A stretch of 64,000 nucleotides of DNA from an uncultured Roseivirgaceae bacterium (lineage in GTDB: Bacteria; Bacteroidota; Bacteroidia; Cytophagales; Cyclobacteriaceae), in contig CAZKBK010000009.1 of assembly GCA_964551035.1 (NCBI GenBank), positions 8,662 through 72,661 of the forward strand. The letters are read 5' to 3'. Shown here piece by piece: positions 39,270 through 47,068 of this stretch. The notes beneath the pieces were generated by a model that ran no database searches, was not told where the DNA came from, and saw nothing but the letters and a program-made list of their open reading frames with translations. A program made the position numbers and the translations under genes. The number at the start of each line of letters is the position of its first letter. Within the stretch, counting starts at the first letter, position 1.

Positions 39270-42200
39270 GAACAGTCTGTTACATACCATCATTAGAAGG
39301 AAGGTCCTCGTATCGATGTTGTTCATCGGCCTGACGGTGATGGGCTACATCTCCTACAACAAGCTTCCCGTGGAGTTGTTCCCCAATGTGGAACTGCCGA
39401 TCCTGATCGTTCATGTAAGCCCGACGACGGAAGTCGATCCGAAGTACATGGAACGTCAGGCAATCGTACCGTTGGAGGGCGCCATCAGCACGCTTGAAGG
39501 AGTCGCCGAGATCACCGCGAATGCGGATAGCCAGCAGGGCATGATCTTCATATCCTTCCAGCAAGGGGTGAACATCAAATACGCTTACCTCAAGCTTGAA
39601 CAGAAAGTGGGCGCCATTAAGTCAAGCCTGGCGCCCGAATTCCTGGTCAACATTATCAAGATCGACACGGAGGAGTTCACCAACGCCTTCATGGATCTAC
39701 AGGTCCTCGGCAGCGGTGGCGTGGACCGCGTGCGGAATGTCACCGACCAGTATATCACCGACCGGTTGACCGAGATCGATGGTATTGGCGGCGCCGAAGT
39801 GTTTGGTGGTCGCCAAAAAACCGTCGAGATCATCATGCATGACGCCGTTTGCGAGGCCAATGGCATAACGCCGAATACCATTAGCAACGTCCTGTCGCAA
39901 AACTCGAACAAAAGCGCTTTTGCTGGCCAGGTAGAAATGGATGGGCGGAAAGTATTCGTGAACGTAACCGCCGAACTGAAGGACATCAAGAACATTCAAA
40001 GCCTCGTGGTATCGGACAAAGGACCGCTGCGCCTGAGTGATGTTGCCGACGTGTTCTTCGGCGTCAAGGAGCAAACCACCCTGAGCCGGGTCAATGGAAA
40101 AGACGCCGTCTCCATCCGACTCTCGAAAGACCCACAAGCCAACCTGATCGCATTGTCGGAAAGGACGCTGGCGTCGATCGATGCCATCAACGAAGACCTC
40201 GCCCCACTCGATGTCAGGATCGTGGTCCAAAGCAACCAGGCCGAGACCATGTCAAAGAATATCGACCAGATCAAAAACCTGGCCGTGACCGGAGGACTGT
40301 TGGCCGTATTTGTGCTGTGGATCTTCCTCCGGCGCGTAAAGGTCATTTTAAGCATCGCCCTGTCCATCCCGGTTTCCGTTTACGCCGCTTTCAACTTCTT
40401 TTACGCCTACGACATCTCGATCAACAGCCTCACCCTGATCGGCATGGCACTGGCCATCGGCATGCTGGTAGATAACAGTGTTGTCGTGATCGAAAATATT
40501 TATCGTCACCTGGTGGACAAGAAAAAAGCCGAAGAGGCAGTCGTCACCGGGACGAAAGAGGTGATGCGTTCGGTGATTGCCGCGACGCTCACAACCGTAA
40601 CCGTATTCCTTCCTTTTATCTTCTCCTCCAACTTCCTGATCACCCTCATCGGAACCCATATCGGCGTTTCGATCATTGCAACCTTGCTCGTGTCGCTCGT
40701 GGTGGCCCTCGTGTTGATTCCGATGCTGGCGTATGCCGCCATCGGCAGGAATGACCACCAGGCGCCCTTGATCAAAAATGCTTCCATCCGCCAGCGGACC
40801 ATCCAGATGTACATGGTTTTTCTGAAGTCGTGTTTCCGGAGGCCGATGTTTACCGTTACCGGCGGATTGGTGTTGTTTTTTGTCAGCATCGGCCTGGGCC
40901 TTGTTGTGAGCCTGGCCAGTGTGGAGGAAGTGGAGACCACCGAGATGAATCTGTTTGTCACCCTTCCACAGGGCGCGACGCTTGAAGCAACAGACATCAG
41001 GACCCGGGCGGTCGAAGAAAAGGTGATGAAAATACCCGTGATTGAAAAAGTCATAAGCCAGGTCTCGGAAGGTGAAGCGGTACTCACCGTCAAACTTGTC
41101 GAGGGATTCAAAGACCTGGACACGATATCGGTGGTGGATGTACGCAATCAACTTTCCGGCATCTCCGACGATTTCCAGGACCTGGATATTTCACTGGATA
41201 AACCACCGGCACAAGGCGGCGGACAAAGCGGCGCCGGCAACGCTGCCCAGAACGATTTCCAACGTATGCTCGGAATCGGCACAGCCTCCGAGCGCATCGT
41301 GATCAAGGGTGAGGACTTTGAATTGATGCAGACCATTGCGCAAGACATCAACACCATCGTTGGCGGCCTGCAGGCCGTTTCCCAAAGTACGGTAAACATC
41401 AGCCCGGAACGTCCCGAGGCGCATCTTGTATTCGACCAGCAGCGAATGAGCGAAAATCACATCACGCTCCAAAACGTAGCCGTTGCGCTCAATGACTTTC
41501 AGCCCGCTTTCACCTCCGGCGCCACGTTCATCAGCGGCGGCGAGGAATACGAAATCACCATCCGCACGCAAAAGCGGATCGATACCAGGGCGAAGGAAAT
41601 GAGCGACCTCCGTGAGATGCCCGTCACCAGCACAACGGGCGCGACCCACGCACTCTCCGACATCGGCACAGCGATCTATTCATCCGGCGAAAGCACCATC
41701 ACCCGCCAGAACCAGGAGAAGCGAATTGAAATTACCTATAGCTTCATCGATGAGGTATTGAAATCCGAATCGTTGCTCGAAGCTTCCCGCCTGGAGATCG
41801 ACCAGATTGTGAGCGGTGTAAACATACCATCGGGAATGGTGGTGGAGGTCATCCACGATGAAGGCCTCTATGATGATTTCTACTTTTTCATCTTCGCCGC
41901 CATCGTGATCATATTGATGATCCTGGCCGCCGTATTCGAATCCCTGTACTTGCCCTTTGTAATCATCTTTTGCATTCCCCTTGCGGCCATAGGTTCATTC
42001 CTGAGCCTTGTCCTGACGGGCAATTCCATACTCAGCGCCAACACATTGATCGGGTTCTTGATCCTGCTCGGCGTGGTGGTGAACAATGGCATCATCCTGA
42101 TCGACTATTCCCGCATCCTGCGGCGGCAAGGTTACACCCGGTACCGCGCGCTCATGATGAGCGGCATCTCCCGGATCCGGCCCATTCTGATTACGTCGAT

Positions 42201-43992
42201 CACAACCATCATCGCCATGCTGCCGCTCGCACTCGGGGAAGCGGAGTACGTCGTCAGCATAGGGCAACCCTTCGCGGTAACCGTGATGGGCGGCCTCGCG
42301 TTCGCCACGATACTTACCCTGTTCTATATTCCGACCATGAGCGCCGGTCTGGAAAGTGTCCTGCATTGGTTCCGGAACCTGAGGCCCGCAGTCAAGGCAA
42401 CACAGATCGGGCTCATGATCATGGTCGGCGCGTTCATTTCCACGGAGGTGGAAGGACTGGTCTGGCAAATGATCGCCTACATCGCCGCCATCATCCTCAT
42501 CCCGGGCGGCACCCACTTCATCATGTCGTCGTTGCGGCAGGCGAATGCCAGGATGGTGGCCCCGGATGAGGCGATGCACATTGAAATCCGGAACCTCACC
42601 AAAGTATACGGCAGGGACAAGCGATGGATCAGGGAGTGGAAAGGAAACAGGCGCCTCTTCGACGCGCGCGGCGAAGCGCCCGTAACGATGAAGGCGCTTC
42701 TCCAGGAGCTCGTCTGGCAGGGCGCGTTGGGCGCCTTCCTGGCCTACTTTGTCTACTTCTTCCTCGACAAAGCATTCTGGCAATTGTTCTTCATGATCGC
42801 TTTGCACGCGCTCCTGCTGTCCCTGTTCGCCGACTTCGCCAAACTTGTGCGCGGCAAACAAAAGCTCGTGACGGCTGTCCAAGCCTTGCTGTACTGGGGA
42901 TTCCCAACGCTAAGCGCCATCTACCTTTACACCGATATCCAAATCAAAGCGCTGGGCGTCATTCTGATCGTGCTTTGGTTTGCGGGCCTGTTGCTTGTAC
43001 GCGCGTCGCAGCGGCTCAGCGAGACACCGGTGGATGTCGATGCGATCACGGGCCGTTTTAAGAGGATCCGGAAGCTGTATCTTAGGATTCTGCTTTCGAT
43101 CCCGTTTGTAAAACCCAGGAAAGCACCCTTCAAGGCCCTGAAGGGCGTGAGCCTCACCATTGAGCAGGGGATGTTCGGACTCCTGGGGCCCAACGGCGCC
43201 GGCAAGACCACGCTCATGCGGATCCTTTGTGGCATCCTGGACCAAAGCTACGGCAAGATCTGGATCAATGGTCATGATACAACCTTACGCCGGGAAGAAC
43301 TGCAAGGCCTTATCGGATACCTGCCCCAGGCCTTTGGCACTTACGAGAACATGACGCCTTATGAATTCCTGGACTACCAGGCCATCCTGAGAAAGATCAC
43401 CAACAAGGACGAAAGGCAGGATAGGGTACAATATGTTTTAAAGGCGGTCCATATGGATGAGCACCAGCACAAAAAGATCGGTTCCTTCTCCGGCGGCATG
43501 AAGCAGCGCATTGGCATTGCGCAGATCTTGCTGCATCTACCGAAGATACTGGTGGTGGACGAACCTACGGCGGGCCTCGATCCATTGGAGCGTATCCGAT
43601 TCCGCAACCTCCTGGTGGAACTCAGCCGGGAACGGATCGTCGTGTTCTCCACACACATCATCGAAGACATCGCCAGCAGCTGTAACAAGCTGGCGGTACT
43701 CATCTCCGGCAATATTGAATACATGGGCAGCCCTGCCACCATGGCCGAACTGGCCAGCGAAAAGGTGTGGGAATTTCATGTAACACCCGATGAATTTGAA
43801 GCTGAGAAAGACAACTACCTGATCGTTCACCATATGCGGGAAGGCGACCTGGTACGCGTAAAGTGCTTGTCGGACACGCTGCCCAGGCTGAACGCCGTCC
43901 AGGTGCGCGCCAACCTGGAAGACGCTTACCTGTGGCTGATGCAAAGTAAATCCAGAAAAAAACATGAAGAGCTCTCTGCTGCTGTTGTATAG
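39262..43992 (+). CDS. RND efflux permease (paralog 2) fused in frame to extra TM helices and a C-terminal ABC-transporter ATP-binding domain
   Basis: A single 1576-codon frame. Residues 1-~1035 form a complete AcrB-like RND (TM4 GMLVDNSVVVIENIYR; TM10 GVVVNNGIILIDYS). Two extra hydrophobic helices follow. From M1105 (nt 42574) it reads IEIRNLTKVYG, then a ~165-aa 4-helix insertion, then FKALKGVSLTIEQGMFGLLGPNGAGKTT (Walker A, nt 43186-43209), Q-loop GYLPQ, signature FSGGMKQRIGIAQIL, Walker B ILVVDEPTAGLD and H-loop STHII. Confidence 0.85.
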   Translation: MAKNSLLHTIIRRKVLVSMLFIGLTVMGYISYNKLPVELFPNVELPILIVHVSPTTEVDPKYMERQAIVPLEGAISTLEGVAEITANADSQQGMIFISFQQGVNIKYAYLKLEQKVGAIKSSLAPEFLVNIIKIDTEEFTNAFMDLQVLGSGGVDRVRNVTDQYITDRLTEIDGIGGAEVFGGRQKTVEIIMHDAVCEANGITPNTISNVLSQNSNKSAFAGQVEMDGRKVFVNVTAELKDIKNIQSLVVSDKGPLRLSDVADVFFGVKEQTTLSRVNGKDAVSIRLSKDPQANLIALSERTLASIDAINEDLAPLDVRIVVQSNQAETMSKNIDQIKNLAVTGGLLAVFVLWIFLRRVKVILSIALSIPVSVYAAFNFFYAYDISINSLTLIGMALAIGMLVDNSVVVIENIYRHLVDKKKAEEAVVTGTKEVMRSVIAATLTTVTVFLPFIFSSNFLITLIGTHIGVSIIATLLVSLVVALVLIPMLAYAAIGRNDHQAPLIKNASIRQRTIQMYMVFLKSCFRRPMFTVTGGLVLFFVSIGLGLVVSLASVEEVETTEMNLFVTLPQGATLEATDIRTRAVEEKVMKIPVIEKVISQVSEGEAVLTVKLVEGFKDLDTISVVDVRNQLSGISDDFQDLDISLDKPPAQGGGQSGAGNAAQNDFQRMLGIGTASERIVIKGEDFELMQTIAQDINTIVGGLQAVSQSTVNISPERPEAHLVFDQQRMSENHITLQNVAVALNDFQPAFTSGATFISGGEEYEITIRTQKRIDTRAKEMSDLREMPVTSTTGATHALSDIGTAIYSSGESTITRQNQEKRIEITYSFIDEVLKSESLLEASRLEIDQIVSGVNIPSGMVVEVIHDEGLYDDFYFFIFAAIVIILMILAAVFESLYLPFVIIFCIPLAAIGSFLSLVLTGNSILSANTLIGFLILLGVVVNNGIILIDYSRILRRQGYTRYRALMMSGISRIRPILITSITTIIAMLPLALGEAEYVVSIGQPFAVTVMGGLAFATILTLFYIPTMSAGLESVLHWFRNLRPAVKATQIGLMIMVGAFISTEVEGLVWQMIAYIAAIILIPGGTHFIMSSLRQANARMVAPDEAMHIEIRNLTKVYGRDKRWIREWKGNRRLFDARGEAPVTMKALLQELVWQGALGAFLAYFVYFFLDKAFWQLFFMIALHALLLSLFADFAKLVRGKQKLVTAVQALLYWGFPTLSAIYLYTDIQIKALGVILIVLWFAGLLLVRASQRLSETPVDVDAITGRFKRIRKLYLRILLSIPFVKPRKAPFKALKGVSLTIEQGMFGLLGPNGAGKTTLMRILCGILDQSYGKIWINGHDTTLRREELQGLIGYLPQAFGTYENMTPYEFLDYQAILRKITNKDERQDRVQYVLKAVHMDEHQHKKIGSFSGGMKQRIGIAQILLHLPKILVVDEPTAGLDPLERIRFRNLLVELSRERIVVFSTHIIEDIASSCNKLAVLISGNIEYMGSPATMAELASEKVWEFHVTPDEFEAEKDNYLIVHHMREGDLVRVKCLSDTLPRLNAVQVRANLEDAYLWLMQSKSRKKHEELSAAVV

Positions 43993-44665
43993 GCTTACGA
44001 CCTACAATGTAAAGGTCATCTTTGGGAACAAGTTTGTCTACTTCGTGGTGGCGGCATTCCTGTTCTTTGGGTTCATCATCACCGTAGCTATTTTCGACGA
44101 CCCCGATTTCGACGAGGCGGTCATTTATGGCTTCCTGGTATTCCCGGGGCTGTTGCTCATTTTTTATCCAATGGCCTATGGCATCCAGAACGACGATGAT
44201 GCCAGGATGCTCGAAACTATTTTTGGAATACCCAACTACCGGTACAAGGTGTGGCTCGTGCGTTTCGTCCTCACCATCGGTATTGCCGCGGTGATCTTGT
44301 GGGTGCTCGCCCACATTGCCAACCTGACCCTCTACCGGTTCAATATCATGCCCATGCTTGGACAAGTGCTCTTCCCGATCACGTTCCTCTCTTCACTGGC
44401 GTTTATGCTGTCGACGCTTATTAAAAATGGCAACGGCACCGCCATCGTGCTCGTGGTTGTCGCATTCATCTTTTTTGTCTTCGCCGATCCCCTGGAGTAC
44501 AGTGTCTACAACGTCTTCCTCAATCCATTCTCGGAACCCCGCGAGATGAGCGAATTCGTCTGGCTCACGATCATCTACAAAAACAGGCTTTACCTGATGG
44601 TGCTCAGTGTACTTAGTCTATTGTATGGTATGTACAACCTGCAGTTCAGGGAAAAGTTCGTCTGA
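43964..44665 (+). CDS. 6-TM ABC-2-like membrane protein, probable permease partner of the fused NBD
   Basis: 233 aa with six hydrophobic helices. It overlaps the 3' end of the fusion gene by 29 nt. Confidence 0.65.
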   Translation: MKSSLLLLYRLTTYNVKVIFGNKFVYFVVAAFLFFGFIITVAIFDDPDFDEAVIYGFLVFPGLLLIFYPMAYGIQNDDDARMLETIFGIPNYRYKVWLVRFVLTIGIAAVILWVLAHIANLTLYRFNIMPMLGQVLFPITFLSSLAFMLSTLIKNGNGTAIVLVVVAFIFFVFADPLEYSVYNVFLNPFSEPREMSEFVWLTIIYKNRLYLMVLSVLSLLYGMYNLQFREKFV

Positions 44666-44877
44666 GGTGGCGCCTCGCGTCAGAGATCGCCTGGCACGAC
44701 CAATTTATTTCACCAATGAGGTCATTGTCATGCACCCTTTCCATCGTAATATTGCGTTACAACGAGATGGGAGTCGATGCTGTTTGCTTTAGGATATAAT
44801 GGTCCTGCTTTCCTTCCGCACCCAATGATCACGACCCCTTCGTGAACTCGTCGTCGAAGTAACAAATCCCAAACATC

Positions 44878-45528
44878 ATGTCAACTCCCGCACCAGATGC
44901 CCTGTTACCGACGCTGCAAAAGACCGTCAATGTGCTGGCCGGTCATTTCGACCAAATTCCCCCTGAACGCAAGGCAGTGATCCGGCAATTGGCCCGCTTT
45001 ATCGAATCAAGAATAAGTTCAGGTCAACCTGCATTATTGAATTTTATTTGTACCCACAATTCGAGGAGAAGCCACATCGCCCAGATATGGGCCCAAGCCG
45101 CCGCGCTTTACTACGGATTAGATAACGTCCGGACCTATTCCGGCGGGACGGAAGCCACCGCTTTCAACTCCGCAGCGGTCACGGCAATGCAGGCGGCAGG
45201 GTTCGGCATCTCCATGAAAAGCCAGGGGCCGAATCCGATCTATGAAGTCCGGTTCTCGACAGCGGCTCCCACCCTTTCGGTCTTTTCGAAGGCGTACGAT
45301 CACCCTTCGAACCCCGGAAAGGATTTCGCAGCCATCATGACCTGTTCGCATGCGGATCAAAATTGCCCCATCATCGCCGGCAGTGCGGCAAGGATCGCGT
45401 TGCCTTACGACGATCCCAAAGATTTTGATAACACCCCTCAAGCGCCTGCCAAATACATGGAACGGGTCCACCAGATTGGCAGGGAAATTCTGTTTGCGTG
45501 CTCCATCGTGTCAAAACAAAAATTCTAG
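44878..45528 (+). CDS. Low-molecular-weight phosphatase-family protein (ArsC-type arsenate reductase / protein-tyrosine phosphatase)
   Basis: CX5R(S) P-loop FICTHNSRRSHIAQIWA. Distal Cys pair context MTCSHADQNCPI and the Asp motif YDDPKDFD. Confidence 0.8.
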   Translation: MSTPAPDALLPTLQKTVNVLAGHFDQIPPERKAVIRQLARFIESRISSGQPALLNFICTHNSRRSHIAQIWAQAAALYYGLDNVRTYSGGTEATAFNSAAVTAMQAAGFGISMKSQGPNPIYEVRFSTAAPTLSVFSKAYDHPSNPGKDFAAIMTCSHADQNCPIIAGSAARIALPYDDPKDFDNTPQAPAKYMERVHQIGREILFACSIVSKQKF

Positions 45529-45547
45529 TCGCACGCATCGGCGACCC

Positions 45548-45578
45548 TAAAAAGGAGGGGCCGCTTCACCAGCGACCC
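45548..45578 (-). terminator. Weak hairpin plus short T-run on the minus strand, downstream of the heme operon
   Basis: GGGGCCGC-ttcacca-GCGACCCC (one mismatch) at 45556-45578. On the minus strand it is followed by TCCTTTTA. It sits between the convergent genes ending at 45528(+) and 45598(-). Confidence 0.3.
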
Positions 45579-45597
45579 CGTCAATCAAACTTCCTTG

Positions 45598-47040
45598 TTA
45601 AACGCCCTGGCTGACCAGCGCAAACTGGAACTGCGGCCTTCCGCGTTCACCATTTTGCGTCAGCGCCGTGAACTTCAGCTTGTAAATGTTTCCTGCGGAA
45701 TCTTTGATCACGTAAAAGCGGTCTTCCTTGAGAGCAGGTCCCGATCCCGGGCCCCCGCCGGACCTCCAACTGGAACCGATATTGATCTGACTGGTGCCAA
45801 AGGTGACCCCCGCCAGGTCGGCCTCATCAAAGTCTTCGTACGTGCCGGCGGTCGCGGTAAGGAGTTCCGCCGTTTCAGTATCGAAGCGATTCTGGATCAC
45901 CACATCGTTAAAGACGTAGGGCACCGTGAGGCCAGGACCAAAGGCGGTGGTATTCGTAAACACGGTGAAGGCGATATCCCACTTTTCCTTTTTCGGCTCA
46001 ATTTCAACCACACCGGTTTCAAATTTCACGTAGTTGAAGAGGAATTCTTCGTCCCTCGTAATATCGATGGATGTGAAACTGGTGGCGTCGATATCTGCAT
46101 GCTGCAAGGTGTAGTTGTCGCCGTTTCTGATTATACGGACCTTCTTCCAGCCCCGTGGTGTGCCGTCCGGGTGCGCTCCGCGGTTCACGATGAACACGTT
46201 GTTGTCGGACGCCGCTGCCGCGATTTCCGCAATGGCCGTGGCGGACAGGTCTCCGGCGGGATCGTCGATCCAGGACGTCGCCTCCGACACCCATGCCGGC
46301 GGCGGGCCGGAGGTGATCGCGGCAAATACCGCATCCGTGGAAAGCTGTTGCCCCCACCCTGTCGTATCCTCCGCGGTAACGGCGTTAAGATCATTCTTGT
46401 CAAGCGCCCTGGCCATCATCGACGAAGCCGAATTAAGAATCACGCGAAATTCACCCGCTGCCATATAGAAGCCAAGGTCCCAGTCACTCCGATGGACGGA
46501 AGTCTGACGGTTCGCGCTAAGGTCGATAAACACCTTGTTCGGTTGTTCCTGGCCTCCGACATTCGGATCCATCGTCCCCTCGTCGGCAAGTATTTCAGAA
46601 AAACTCACCACGAGCGCACTTCTTTCCCCCGGCACGAGGTCATTGCCCACCGTTGCCAATGTAAATGCGATCGTTTCGTCTCCATCGAGCAGGACATCCT
46701 CCTCCTTGTTGATGTCAAATGAAACCTGCGTTGCTCCCTTCGGCACCGGAATCACGAGCGAATTTCCATCCATGGCCGGGCTGGTCGTGAACTCCGTCTC
46801 GTAGCTGACTCCAACCAATTCCGCCGTAAGGCTAATCTCCGTATCCGTGGACGCTTCCCGCGAAAAAGGGATGTTGACCGTCAGGGTTTGTTCATCCGAA
46901 GCAAAGCCGAGTTCTCCAGATTCAAACTGTACCAGGTTGTCGGGCAGTGGCGGATCTTCATCGCAGCCTGCCAGCATCACGAAGGCAGCGAACGCAAAAA
47001 AAATCGACCAGGGTTTAAATGGAGAAGTTTTGGATTTCAT
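45598..47040 (-). CDS. HmuY-like heme-binding lipoprotein with N-terminal Ig/Calx-like domain
   Basis: Start at the ATG at 47040 (MKSKTSPFKPWSIFFAFAAFVMLAGCDED, lipobox). The C-terminal ~330 aa has the HmuY-like pattern (SDWDLGFYMAAGEFRVILN; KWDIAFTVF; IYKLKFTAL). It is the last gene of a heme-uptake operon, immediately after the TonB-dependent receptor. Confidence 0.65.
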   Translation of the reverse strand: MKSKTSPFKPWSIFFAFAAFVMLAGCDEDPPLPDNLVQFESGELGFASDEQTLTVNIPFSREASTDTEISLTAELVGVSYETEFTTSPAMDGNSLVIPVPKGATQVSFDINKEEDVLLDGDETIAFTLATVGNDLVPGERSALVVSFSEILADEGTMDPNVGGQEQPNKVFIDLSANRQTSVHRSDWDLGFYMAAGEFRVILNSASSMMARALDKNDLNAVTAEDTTGWGQQLSTDAVFAAITSGPPPAWVSEATSWIDDPAGDLSATAIAEIAAAASDNNVFIVNRGAHPDGTPRGWKKVRIIRNGDNYTLQHADIDATSFTSIDITRDEEFLFNYVKFETGVVEIEPKKEKWDIAFTVFTNTTAFGPGLTVPYVFNDVVIQNRFDTETAELLTATAGTYEDFDEADLAGVTFGTSQINIGSSWRSGGGPGSGPALKEDRFYVIKDSAGNIYKLKFTALTQNGERGRPQFQFALVSQGV

Positions 47041-47068
47041 GGTAAGCATGGATTTTATGAGGAACATG

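Noticed and set aside
39262-43992. Possibility that the RND-ABC fusion is merely two adjacent genes joined by a sequencing or assembly indel
   Set aside because: I did not adopt this as the primary reading, but I cannot exclude it. The frame is continuous for 4.7 kb. The linker encodes two well-formed TM helices rather than intergenic-looking sequence. The helix parity keeps the NBD cytoplasmic. Internal initiation at the ATG at 42574 also remains possible and is flagged in the finding.
45595-46722. 375-aa plus-strand ORF overlapping the HmuY-like gene, and similar long antisense ORFs at 49071..50126, 17325..18263, 41995..42882, 40348..41151 and 32071..32892
   Set aside because: All lie antisense to genes with strong family signatures. 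Their composition is Arg/Gly/His-rich, typical of reverse-frame translation of GC-rich genes, and none has a domain signature.
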